DNA of 51,718 nucleotides from Batkoa obscura (Eukaryota): NCBI GenBank assembly GCA_030770535.1, contig JASVEC010000019.1, positions 930,001 to 981,718 of the forward strand, read 5' to 3'. Shown piece by piece: positions 12,325 to 24,234 of this stretch (position 1 is its first letter; each line of letters starts with the position of its first letter). The notes under the pieces were generated by a model. It saw only the letters and a program-made list of their open reading frames with translations, ran no database searches and was not told where the DNA came from. The position numbers and the translations under genes were made by a program.

Positions 12325-12974
12325 ATATAGCAAAGGAAAATATTTAATTTTGGGATCTGTTTGCAAAGCCTCAAAATAATTTCTATGGATACATTAAACA
12401 TACATTTTGACTGATTTATCAACATCAGTTCAGAAATGATTAAGCTACAGTGTTAGAAAATTCAAAGTTGGTGACCCTAGCCAAAAATTTAAAAATCCTT
12501 AAAGTTGATCTCCATCCCGAAGTTTTGTAAATATCTCTTTTTGACTAAAGTCGGATTTGACCTTTTTTATACTATTAAACACTGCTTCTGAACCAGATAG
12601 AGATCAATTGCAAAGTATTTTTTGGCTTTTAAACCTATATCTAAAAATTTTACAATATTTATACGATGACTTCAGCATATCAAGCTAATCTTTACTCCCA
12701 CTATTTTCTTCTTATATAAATAGTTCTATCCTCACTCTTTGCCCTATTCTATGTTTATGATAAAAACGCTAGGTTTAATTATTAGCATCATTTAATTCAA
12801 ATAAGTGATAGTCAAGTATAAACAAAGATATAGTGATAACGTTTTCAAAAAAATAACAAACTAATATAGTCTTTATAAATCAAGAGTTTAGTAAAATAGT
12901 CAAAGGCTCAAGTGGGTGAGAAAAGTATTAAAAAAATTATGAAGACTTGCTTATAAAGTGAAAAAACATTAAAT

Positions 12975-13069
12975 GGGAGTGTTTTTTTACTTCATTATTT
13001 TTCCACTTTTAAGTGCTATTTGAGCGGAAAATTCGTTAGTAAAATTCCTAAACACAAAAATACACCTCT
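12975..13069 (-). mobile_element. MITE copy
   Basis: TSD AAAT/AAAT; family core. Confidence 0.85.
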
Positions 13070-13241
13070 AAATGCTAAAAGTTATTATACTAACTTTTGA
13101 AAAATGAAGGAGAATTTCAATAGATAATAAAAGGACCAATAGTAGTATAAATAAAGTGGTAGATATTGTAGTTGAAGAGTCTAGTATCAACGATACTTGA
13201 TTTAAATTATTCAATTTAGTAATAGAAACTTTACTACATGT

Positions 13242-13704
13242 TGTGAAATATCGCTTTGTCAGTCCCATGGTTAATTATAACATAACAATCGCCTAAGCTG
13301 TTGTGTTCTCGAGTTCAGAGAAAATCAATCCCATGTTCTTATTTTGATTTGTTATGAGAATTTCTAGCTCCATCCAAAAGAATATTACCCTCTCATTTTG
13401 ATATTTATACTTTTCAGAGTATAAAAGAGTTTACAGAGTATAGTAGTTCGAGACTTTTAACTGAATTATTCCCTTATATCTCGAACATTTAATAAAGCCA
13501 CTAAGTTTTCTTAATAGTATTTTACGTAGATTTTACATTAGTATTGTCTATTCTATTTGTCTTATACAGCTTGTAGCCTATTACGTGCTATTCTTCATAA
13601 TCCAAGTCTATCTTAGTCACATAAACTAAGACCTTTCGACTTATATTGTAGTCAACCCAGCAATAGCTGTTCTTGACTCCAAACCCTGAGTACCAGATTT
13701 CACA
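13242..13704 (+). mobile_element. Solo LTR (463 bp) of an LTR retrotransposon
   Basis: Starts TGTGAAAT and ends ATTTCACA (8-bp inverted ends, TG...CA); 5-bp TSD CATGT at 13237-13241 and 13705-13709; TATAAAAG (~13420) followed by AATAAA (~13491) suggests + orientation; second copy at 50515-50978. Confidence 0.9.
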
Positions 13705-15391
13705 CATGTAATATCCTAAACGTCAAAATAGCCTTATTGACAAAGGTAGCCTGCTTTAACTTAAACACATGTGATAATGGTACATAACAAAAAATAGTAA
13801 ATATATTTAAAATTAGAACCTTTTCGATTACAAGGGGATTATTTGACCTACATACGTTTATATGCTTTCTATATAATACTAATAACAGTCATAATTGCAG
13901 ACCCTGTATGTTCAAGAGAAGCTTATGGACGCCTGAAAAGATAAGAATATATTTAGGGATATATTTTTATGGTTAAGAATTTTATTAACAATTTTACTTT
14001 GTTTTTAATATTTCACTTTTAATATGATAAAACGAAAATTAGTCTAAAATATAGGGTTGTCCTAATTGGTTTCAGAATTTACTTAGAAATTAATCCAAAT
14101 TTTAAAATTTTAAATTTGTGTCTAATATGACGGTTAAATCTAAAAAGCTTAAATTAAATGTCTCTATTTAAAACTTATTTTAATTGTTTTCTTTTCTTAA
14201 ATAGCTAATTTTCCTAATTATATGTTTTATGTTAGTTCTGTTAGATATTTAACAGATACATAATATATAACTACATGATTATATAATTATACAAATACAG
14301 TTATTTATTTGACTTTATTTTTTGTTGAAATAAAAATAAAATGCAAACTTTCATAACTAAACTTCGAAATGGAATTTTTGAAAATTTCAATACAATAGGG
14401 AGGAGTACACAGTATAAACATTGTAATTCGTTTACATCAATTTTAAAAGCTACTTATAACAACCCAAAGTTTATGGAATTTTATAATAAAACAAAACAAA
14501 GAAAAGATATATTATCAAAGTTTACTATCGATAATAATAAACTTAATCAAGCAATGTATAAAATTAGTGCTTTGAGGGAAACAGGAAACAGGAAACAGGA
14601 AACAAAAATCAACAAGTAGCGTTATTATCAACTATAGCTTCAGTACATTCTTTTGGTGAATGTAAGAGTTTTGAGTTTAATATAAACAGAAATCAATATG
14701 ATTATTCAAAAATAAGTAATAATAATAAAATATCAACATTACAGCTTATTATTAAAAGTACAAAAAAAATTAAAGACGAGCAAATTGACTATTATACAAT
14801 ATTTGCTATAATTCAACTATTTCATCAAGATTTAATAAAAAAAATAATGATAGTAAATATTCATCAGATAATATATATATTAAATAAAAGTAGAAGAATG
14901 ATATATAGTAAATATCTGAGTGATCTAAAAGATAAAGTGGTAGCTAGGTCAACATTCTTTAAATATATACCAAGTAATTTCAAAAATGCAGCAAGAAAAA
15001 CAGATCTATGTAATATATATGTCCAGTATACAGTTAGAAAAAAATTATTTGAAATAAAATAAATATAGCAATAAAAAACAAAGCAGAGATAAAAGAAATT
15101 TTCAATGAAGAAGAAAAATTATACAAATTATATAAATTCTGTGTTGATACTCAAAAAAACACATTTAATGAAGCTATTAAAAAATCAAATAATAAAAGTT
15201 GTATAATAATTTTAGATTTTAAACAAAATATGGAAATAGGAACAAGACCAGATTTAATGAATTTAGACCATTATAATAAACAAGCTATATCAGTATTAGG
15301 TTTTGGTATTTTGTATTTAAAAGATGATAAAACAATAGGCAAAGTTTACTTTGATTATTTATCTGAAATATTGAATCGTGATTCAGCATAT

Positions 15392-15488
15392 GGGGTTGTT
15401 TTTTTTAGTTTCATTATTTTTCCATTTTTTAAGCGCTATTTGAGTGGAAAGATTGTAGCAAAATTTTTAAACGAAAAAACACATCCCC
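15392..15488 (-). mobile_element. MITE copy inserted in the transposase
   Basis: ATAT on both sides. Confidence 0.9.
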
Positions 15489-15492
15489 ATAT

Positions 15493-15591
15493 GGGGATTT
15501 TTTTTTTGACTTCATTACTTTTTACATTTTTTAAGCGCCATTTAAGTGGAGAATTTGTTAGTAAAATTCTTAAATATAAAAATACATTCCC
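15493..15591 (-). mobile_element. Second MITE copy, tandem to the first, in the transposase
   Basis: Shares ATAT 15489-15492 with the previous copy; ATAT at 15592-15595. Removing both copies restores D-S-A-Y-A-G-D-C. Confidence 0.9.
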
Positions 15592-18156
15592 ATATGCAGG
15601 AGATTGTTTAATCGATTTAATCTCTACAGAGCTTTTATTTAAAAGTTTATAAAAATTAATATATGGGCAGATACGGGAAATCATTTTAGATCCCAAGAGT
15701 TCCTACATTATATGTTTAAACAAATTCATAAAATAAATAGTAGTTTGAATGTTAATCTTAATTTTTTTGCTGAGCATCATGGAAAAAGTATAGTTGATGG
15801 ACATTTTGGAAACCTTTCAAAATAGAAAAGTGCTTTTGAAGCGTTAGGTAAAATAGAAGATATCGATCAATTAATTTCAAGATTTGAGGCTTTTATTTGC
15901 GAGCATAATAAAATTAATAACTCGACTGTTAATAATGGGAAAACAGATATGACTTTTTAAAAGTATAAAAGAAACAAAAACACAAAAAGAATAATAGAGG
16001 TTCAAGGTATTAAGAAGTATTCACACTTTATTAAACATAACAATAAACTACACTGTTATCCAGTATCCGATACATCAAAAAAAAAGCGATATAGTTCCAA
16101 TTAAAGTTATAGAGTCTATAGAAAATACAAGAATTAAAAGATCAATCCCAGCTTACCTCACAAAGATAACAGAGAATTTAAAAATTTCGATATTCATTAA
16201 GCAAGTAAGTAGTTTGTTAAATGATAGAAATAGATTGTTAAATGTTAAGATTACTTAAGTTATTAATAGTTAAGTTAATAAATACTCAAAGAACAAGTAA
16301 CTGTAATAATATGTAAAAACTATTGTTACCTGTACTATATATCGATGGTTAATTATATTTTTAGGGCTAACCACTACCTTCTATGTAGCTATTTATTAAC
16401 TTACGAATATATTAATAATATAATTATAACATTAAAATAATTTATTTATTTGATAACAAACCTGCGATGCTGATTATAAAGCAGTTTATAATAAATATTT
16501 CTCAATAAAGTTTTATAAGAATATGTATTTAAGATCTAGTAGAAATTCAACTAGCTTACATTATAAACTATAATAGAATGATTTAGAGCTGTGTCTGGGT
16601 GCTTTTGTTTTAATAAAAAATTTGATTTTATAGAATTTTAAGCGGAGTTTTTAAAATACAATTTTTAAAAAAAATTGTATAAAATAATGAAACTAATTCA
16701 GACAACCCCATATTTAATACAAGGTAATTTGTAAAGTAATCTAGCCTATTTGATTTGTGTGAAAATAGGCCATAGACTACTATAAAAGTTTTACTTTTTG
16801 AACTCTTTGAATTCTACTTCCATTATAAATAAAGTAGCTGATACTATTCTACAATCAGCAATAACAAAACATTGATCACTTCAAATTGATTTAAAATGTC
16901 TGTTTAGAAAATGAAAACTAATACTATAGTGGAGAGCGCTATTTAGCTGTTTTAACATATCAATAATGTTTTTTGGATTTTTAGGCTGAATTTTAAAATT
17001 AGTTTTATAGTTACAGTTAACTACTCTTGCGGTTTGCATCAGGAAAAAAGACCAGATTACTTTATAAATCCCCTTATAATTAAATACAAGAGTAGTGAAA
17101 GTAACATCAGCATAAAAAAAAGACAAATTTTAAATATAATCGAAAAAAATTCTCCAATTGTTAGTTATTAAGAAATGTGGGGGTATCTAAAGTGGTCCCT
17201 CAATTTTTGAGATAAATAAGCACTGTAAAGTTACAAAACGAAATTCATGAAAAAGATTCTGTTAATTGGAAGAAATTAAATTTTGACTGAGATTAACTTG
17301 AATTAACTGTAATTTAAATTTTAGATTTTTTATATTATGAAAATCATTTCAATTAATATTGGTTGAATGATAAAAAAATCCAAACATTTAATCAGTTTTA
17401 GACGGAAGTATAATTAATACATTAAATTTGTATTTCTTCTCAAGTACAAAAATGGCTTTTTTACATACTTTCAAGTTAACGTAATTTATTAATTTTAGAT
17501 AAACCGCAAATGAATGAATGGCCTTTATTTAGTGCATAATTTAAAAAAACACTTCATGTTGACCACACCTTTGATAGAAAAATTTCTATGTTAATGTATA
17601 TTCATCGTAAAAATATGGGCTTTGTATCATTAACCAGTATAATATAAATATAAAATATGTTATTTTAATAACAAACCTCAATGAAAATGTGTCAAATAAT
17701 ATTAGCTCGATACAATAATCAAATTACTACAAACATGATCGAGTATCAAAGAGCTGGGTAATTATAGTATCCTAAACTGCCATGGATAAGTTAGAGTGAT
17801 ATCAGAGAATTCATTAATTTAACATATAACTGCTAAAGGAAAGAATAAGTAATTAAGCATTTTTAAGACCAGGAAAATAAAATAAAGATTAAATAACGAG
17901 TGGTTTATAAATTATGTAATAATTTAAAGAATACAATTAGTCGCACTATTTTAATATTTCAAAAACTAAACCATATCAGTATTCATTCTGAAATCGTTAC
18001 ACTTATTTGTTCTTTATTAGTTCATGTTTGTTGTTAAATTATTAAATATCAAACACTGCTTTATAAATAATATTCATTTTGTACTCAGTATCCGAAATAC
18101 TAAAAAAACTATATATAATGGAATCCAAATGACTTAAAAATATACAAAACAATCAA

Positions 18157-19281
18157 ATGCTTTTAGCTTTACCTCTCTTCTTTTTTATTGCTTCAACTTT
18201 ATGTCAAAACCCACTTGGGCTTGCTTATTTAGATAAGAAATGCTATAAGCTTAAGAATGGCATGGTATGGTTTGAAGTTGATATATCACCAAAATATCAA
18301 CGTAACTGTCAACCGCTACACCATTGGCTACCAATAGCAGGAAAAGATACTTTTGATGAATCAAGAAGCTGGTATCAAGGAAAAACTTGTCTTCGTGATA
18401 CTGAATCCTGTTGTTTAACCTGTCGTCAATATTGTACTGATAATTTTCGAGTCAAGACTACTGATTCCATTGCAGATATGAATAATTTAGAAACTATGGA
18501 AATTTCGTCTACTGAAAAAGCCAGAGATTACTTATATGTAGCACCTAATATTGGTAATTTAAACTATGTGTCTGTGGATTTAAGACAAGGCTTAAGATCC
18601 ATTATCGTACCAATGGATAATCTACATCCAGATGATCGTAACTATCGTCAAGTATTTCAAATTAAGATGACTGAAAGTATAGTCACTAAAATCTTAAACA
18701 ATACTAAGTTATATAATAAAGACGCACAAACAATTCAATCTGATGACCATGCATTAGGTATTGATAAGATTTGCCTATTAGCTAATGACGTACTGCAAAC
18801 TGCTGCCATGCCACACGATTTTAGCAATTGTTTCAGATTAATACCAAATTCGGAAACTAAATCTTCTTGTGGTTATTGGGGTACGAGTTATGAAAAAGAT
18901 CGTGGTTATTTTTGTGGATCAAGTAAATGGTCAAATGAAGCAGCTACTTTAGCCTCATGTCTTGAAAATTTACCTTTGATTAATGCGTCTAAAATGGCTT
19001 ATAGTAACAAAGCTTTAAAATATATGAGAACAGCCGTAACTTCTGGAATTAGTGCCATTCCATATGCAGGCTTAGTTTTGGCTGCTACTACTAATGCTAT
19101 TTTAGGTCCTACTGCAGATGAAGCGATCTTAAATGAATACAAAGGTGCTAAATATGATGAAAAATTAGTTATCCTTAGTGGTGTCCGTAAACAAGTTTTA
19201 AAGGAAAGTCGTGACCTTGCGAAAGGATTTATCAAAGATAATTTCGGTGATATTGCCGCTTCTATCAAAAAATTAATGTAG
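18157..19281 (+). CDS. Secreted Cys-rich hypothetical protein (374 aa)
   Basis: Intronless ORF with clear signal peptide (MLLALPLFFFIASTLC), clustered Cys residues and a hydrophobic Ala/Gly helix pair near the C-terminus. Confidence 0.8.
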   Translation: MLLALPLFFFIASTLCQNPLGLAYLDKKCYKLKNGMVWFEVDISPKYQRNCQPLHHWLPIAGKDTFDESRSWYQGKTCLRDTESCCLTCRQYCTDNFRVKTTDSIADMNNLETMEISSTEKARDYLYVAPNIGNLNYVSVDLRQGLRSIIVPMDNLHPDDRNYRQVFQIKMTESIVTKILNNTKLYNKDAQTIQSDDHALGIDKICLLANDVLQTAAMPHDFSNCFRLIPNSETKSSCGYWGTSYEKDRGYFCGSSKWSNEAATLASCLENLPLINASKMAYSNKALKYMRTAVTSGISAIPYAGLVLAATTNAILGPTADEAILNEYKGAKYDEKLVILSGVRKQVLKESRDLAKGFIKDNFGDIAASIKKLM

Positions 19282-19745
19282 TCTCTTATCACTTATAATA
19301 AATATTATCTATAGACTTATTTTATATATTTACATTGTCATTTTCTATTTTAATTTTTCGTCGAATTTATGTTTTTTCAAGATTAATAGATTGAACAACA
19401 AAAACGCAAAAAATAAAGGAATTTTAAAAAACATAGTAGGATATGATAAAAGGATTTTTTGGCTTCAAAAAAAGCCCCATATAAATAAATACTGATCATT
19501 AGACATATTTCAGAAGTATTAAAAGTTATTTGATGTTAAATTTACACTAAAATCTCCTTTTACATCACATTCTAAATATTTAAATAATAGCCGTGCCAAA
19601 CAATACATCCAGTAGTAGCTTCAATAAAGCTGCGAATTAACTTAAGTCATAGTGAAAAATTTTAATTTTTACTTTTTATTTAAGCTTGTTTAACTATTTT
19701 CTCTTCAAATAAATACATATGAAAGCGCTTATAAATCTGGTATAT

Positions 19746-19843
19746 GGGTATGCATTTTTGTATTTAAGAATTTTATTAACAATTTTTCCACTCGAATAAT
19801 GCTTAAAAGATAGAAAAGGCAATGAAGCCAAAAAAACATCCTC
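19746..19843 (+). mobile_element. MITE copy
   Basis: TSD ATAT/ATAT. Confidence 0.85.
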
Positions 19844-19866
19844 ATATATTATACAAATATTTATAT

Positions 19867-19962
19867 GTGGATGTATTTTTGTGTTTAAGAATTTACTAAT
19901 AATTTTTCCACTTAAATAGCGCTTAAAAAATGGAAAAAATAGTGAAGTCAAAAAAACTTCCC
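19867..19962 (+). mobile_element. MITE copy
   Basis: TSD ATAT/ATAT; abuts an inverted copy. Confidence 0.85.
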
Positions 19963-19966
19963 ATAT

Positions 19967-20065
19967 GGTGATGTTTTTATTAGTTTCATTATTTTTTCCA
20001 TTTTTTAAGCGCTATTTAAGTGGAAAAGTTATTAGTAAAATTCTCAAATACAAAAGTACATCCCC
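19967..20065 (-). mobile_element. MITE copy
   Basis: Shares ATAT 19963-19966 with the previous copy; opposite orientation. Confidence 0.85.
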
Positions 20066-20266
20066 ATGCAAAGTTAGCTTTTGTAGTTTGTATTGCTTTG
20101 TTAAATTATTTAGAACTATTGAAAGTTCGAGTTAATTCTAAAACTTTTTTATTTAAATTAAGTTATATAATATTATTTCAGTGTTTTAATTAAAATATAA
20201 TGATTTTAAAAACGATAGCTTTTATATTTATAACAAATTTGGATTGTATTACTATAATAGATATAT

Positions 20267-20364
20267 AGGGATGTATTTTTTCATTTAACAATTTTACTAA
20301 TAATCTTCCCACTTAAATAGCGTTTAAAAGATAGAAAAAGTAATGAATCAAAAAAAAACCCCCC
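20267..20364 (+). mobile_element. MITE copy
   Basis: TSD ATAT/ATAT. Confidence 0.85.
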
Positions 20365-20654
20365 ATATTTATTATTATATCTAAATTAAATTATACGCTT
20401 ATTTCATTAAATTTTTATAAATTTTTAAAAACCAATTTTTATTATTATTTTAAAACATAAATTTAAAAATTTAAAGTTTATATCTTATATACGAAAGAGT
20501 TTTTTTATTAAAAATAAAAGTCTTATTTTTTAATTTAAGTTTTTTAATTTGTTTTTTAAATTTTCATTATGATATCATTTATAAAAGTTAAATAAACCAT
20601 TTATAAATTTAAAACATTTGCGATTTAATTAGCTTAAAGCTTTGAAATACACAT

Positions 20655-20751
20655 GGTGATGTTTTTTTGGTTTCATACTTTTTCTATTTTTTAAGCGCTA
20701 TTTGAGTAGAAAAATTATTGATAAAACTTTTAAATACAAAAATACATCCCT
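20655..20751 (-). mobile_element. MITE copy
   Basis: Family core; TSD decayed. Confidence 0.8.
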
Positions 20752-21482
20752 GTATATTTTAATTCAAATATAGTGGGGGGTTTTTAAAAGTTTCTGTAGT
20801 TTATTTTGGACAAACTTAAGGTAAAGGTACCTTAATGCAACAGGAGAAATATCTAATATAGATGAGTAGTTTTATACTGAAGTTATGCGATTCTTAAAGC
20901 CAAATAAGAATACGATTGTAACAAATAAAGAACTCCACTATAAAACTACCTACCTATATATTTTGTTTAGATTTTTTTCTTTCTATAATCGTGAAAGGTT
21001 AAAAATATGTAAGCATCACAAGAAAATAACAACTGATTGATTAAAAGTAACCATCACAATGAGTAAGCTGACTATCTTTCTCTAATCTGAAAAACTACAG
21101 GAGTCTATAATAAAGCCCAATATAGTATTCAAATATTAAGCCAAAGAATATTATAAACGTGACTAATGTTTTATAATAAACTAATATTTATCTTAATGAA
21201 TTGTGGTTTTGACTTATTTAAATAGCTAAAATTCCTGTCATTCGAATAATTCCAATTTTTCCAATAAAATTAACTTATAGGGTATACTAGTGTGGATTAA
21301 TTGGCTTATTTAGCTTCAAAATTGGGATCTTTTTATGCCTGCATTACGAATATTCTTTATAGAAATAAGATAATTACTATAAATGTAATGTTAATTGATA
21401 GATTAGATTGAATTCAGAGTACACCGAGATTTTTTTAGAAATAAAGTAGATTAGTGGTTAGAAAATAATTAAATAAGAATAG

Positions 21483-21490
21483 TATAAATA
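21483..21490 (+). promoter_or_regulatory. Putative TATA box of the first amino-acid transporter
   Basis: TATAAATA about 65 bp upstream of ATG 21551; the paralogue has the same motif at 32881. Weak evidence given the AT richness. Confidence 0.35.
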
Positions 21491-21550
21491 GCTTGAGTGA
21501 TTAAGTAAACATTTTATATTTCAACAAATTTAATTACTTAATAAAGGGAA

Positions 21551-22885
21551 ATGGGTGCAAGCGGCGATGAATTTGTAGAAAAGTTTTCAAATGCCCACGA
21601 TAATAACGATAGCAAAGTTCCTCGCAAAGGCACCGGGTCTAGCTATGGGGCCTATTTCAATATTGTGTGTGTTGTCGCTGGTACTGGTACTTTAGGATTA
21701 CCATATGCTATGTCGTTAGGTGGCCACATTACATTAGTTTTATTTGTAATAGCTGCATGTCTCGCTGTTTATACTTCAAAATTATTAATTGAATGTCTAT
21801 ACTGCAAACCGTGAGTAAAATTTTAACATTTGAAACTGTCTACTAATATTTTTATTAGTGGTATAAGGCTTGAAGAATACCCAGATATTGGTGAAGCTGC
21901 TTTTGGGAAATTCGGGAGATATTTCGTTAAAATATTCCATTACATAATTTCATTATCAAGTACCTGTATTTATATATTACTTACTGGTTTAAACTTACAT
22001 TCATTTTTGGTAAACTACTATGGCGATGAGCTTATTTCTTTGAAATTATGGATATTGATAAGTGGAGTTATCATTATTATCCCCACCGCATGCTTAAAAA
22101 CTTTAAAGGAAATCGCGATATTAGCAGCATTCGGTGCAGTAGCAACATTAGTAGTGGTACTATGTGTAGTTATTTTAGGCGCTATGCAGTATTATGATCC
22201 AAACTATGTAAGACCTGATTTACAAGTTGTGAATTGGTCAGGATTACCAATCGCTCTTGCTACTATTGCTTTTTCATATGGCGGTAATGTTGTATATCCC
22301 CATGTAGAGGCTACTATGCGTAATCCAAAAGCATGGAATAAAGTTATGGGATTGGCCATTTTATCAATAACATGTATGTATATTGTGGTCGCTGTTTCTG
22401 GATATGTCTTTTATGGTGAAAATGTAAAGTCTCCAGTGCTCGATTCTTTACAAAAAGGCCCTGGTGCATTAGTAGCTTCTATTCTTATTACGATTCATGT
22501 AATTTTAGCATCTCCTATTTATTTGTGTTCATTTTGCTTAGAGCAAGAAAGGTGGCTAAAAATTGATACTGAATTTATGTCTCCTAAAAAAGAATTTGTA
22601 TATCGTGTCCTTTTGCGCTCCTTTTTTGGTATTATCTTAACAGTTATAGCAATGTATGTTCCATATTTCAATGATCTCATGGCTTTAATTGGTGCAGTGT
22701 CTAATTGCTTAATTATATTTTTAATTCCAGTTATATGTCATTTTAAACTGTTTGGGTTTAAAAAACGACCATTCTATGACTATATTCTGGCGCCACTATG
22801 TATTATTGTAGGAGCTTTAGGGTTAGTATTAGGGTCAATTGATGCGGTTTCGAACCTTATAAAAGCTTTTCAAGGAAACAAATAG
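21551..22885 (+). CDS. Amino-acid transporter (Aa_trans/AAAP family, Avt1-like)
   Basis: Exons 21551-21810 and 21859-22885; intron GTGAGT...TACTAAT...TAG; motifs FNIVCVVAGTGTLGLPYA and FSYGGNVVYP; multiple TM helices. Confidence 0.92.
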
Positions 22886-22921
22886 ATAATAATTAATAAT
22901 AAACAGTAGTTAACTTTATCT

Positions 22922-24234
22922 TTATTTATTTTTTATGCCTTGAAAATCATCAATCAAATTTAACACAGCATCTTTAGTACCAAGTATTAACCCAGTTAGA
23001 CCAACTATTACAGTTAATACACTTAATATATATTCATACCATTTTCTACCGCGCCAGCCAAATAATTTATAGTGGCATGCCAAAGGCACAAGATAGATAA
23101 TAACACAATCAGTAATTGAGCCTACTAAAGCAGTGAGGTCCTCAAAAAAGGGTATATACATAGCAATTAAGATCAGTATAGTTCCTACAAAACTACGTAA
23201 AATAGTCCTATAAACTAATTCCTTCTTTTTGCTCATATGCTTTGTATCGATTTTTAATGCCATTTCTTGTTCATAGCAAAAAGTACACATGTAGATTGGG
23301 GTGGCTAATATGACATGTATAGTTATCATTATATAACATACTTGAGTACCAGCTACTGGAGGCAATGAGTCCAAGATAGGGGAAGTAACCAAATTTCCGT
23401 AATAAAAGTAGCTTATACCTGAAATAAGGGAGTATAACAAAGTAATCGTTAATACTGATAAGACCATCACTTTATTCCATGCTTTTGGATTGCGCATAGT
23501 AGCCTCAACTTGTGGATACACAACATTACCACCATATGAAAAAGTAATCGTTACTAAAGCTATTGGAAACCCAGATAAATCAAATAAAGTATGCTCAGAT
23601 GGGGTAAAATCAGGATGAGAATATTGTATACCACCTAAAATAATTACGCAAATAACTAAGACAACAGTTGCTAATGTCCCAAATAAGGCTAATAGCGCGA
23701 CTTCTTTTAATGTTTTGCAGAATATACAGGGAATTATAATTCCTATTCCACATATTAATATATACAATTGGTCAGACAAAACTTGCTCCCCGTAAAATTG
23801 TGTAACCAGTGTACGTACATTAATACCAGTAAGTAGAATATAGATGGAAGAGCATAAAAGTAATATCAAAGAGTTAAATAATAATATGAAGTATTTGCCA
23901 AATTTTCCGAAAGATACTTCTCCTATGTCAGCGAAATGATCTAACCTATGCCCCCTAATAAGTATAATTAGTATAGCACTAAAAACTGAAATAGAATTAC
24001 TTACGGTTTATAATAAAGACATTCAATTAATAATTTTGAGGTGTAAATGGCAAGGACCCCAACCAGTAAAAAAATTAGCATACTTAACCAACCACCAATT
24101 TTAATAGCATATGGTAAACCCAAAGTACCAGTACCAGCTACAGCACACACAATATTAAAATAGGCACCAAAACTGCTTCCCTTTTCTTTGCTTTCTACGT
24201 TTGGTATTTCAATATCAAATTTATCTTTATCCAT
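22922..24234 (-). CDS. Amino-acid transporter (Aa_trans/AAAP family), inverted paralogue
   Basis: Exons 24234-24005 and 23954-22922; intron at the same codon position as in the paralogues; same motifs. Confidence 0.92.

Larger units (their letters stand above)
14341..16200 (+). pseudogene. Transposase pseudogene
   Basis: Fragments read SRSTFFKYIP-type 'ARSTFFKYIPSNFKNAARKTDLCNI', 'CIIILDFKQNM' (Asp at 15215), 'IWADTGNHFRSQE' (Asp at 15670) and 'FFAEHHGKSIVDGHFG' (Asp at 15796). Broken by frameshifts, stops (15650, 15823, 15958) and two MITE insertions. 3' end approximate. Confidence 0.8.
14053..16709 (+). mobile_element. Decayed cut-and-paste DNA transposon, Sola-like (DDD transposase)
   Basis: Imperfect ~22-bp TIRs (AGGGTTGTCCTAATTGGTTTCA; reverse complement of the right end GGGGTTGTCTGAATTAGTTTCA), 4-bp TSD ATAT at 14049-14052 and 16710-16713, internal transposase remnant. 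Superfamily assignment is from remembered motifs and is less certain than the element itself. Confidence 0.85.

Noticed and set aside
12340..12780. Slightly GC-richer stretch that might be a decayed coding sequence
   Set aside because: No sustained reading frame or recognisable motif found by eye.
13070..13241. Idea that the telomere healed a break in the middle of a longer repeat
   Set aside because: The TG...CA ends and CATGT TSD show the repeat ends at 13242, so the telomeric copy is complete rather than truncated.
14577..14604. (GGAAACA) x4 as a functional repeat
   Set aside because: Best explained as a slippage expansion within the decayed transposase.
20768..20942. Short inverted match TATAGTGG...CCACTATA as another MITE
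   Set aside because: Only about 8-10 bp, single copy in the window, no convincing TSD.
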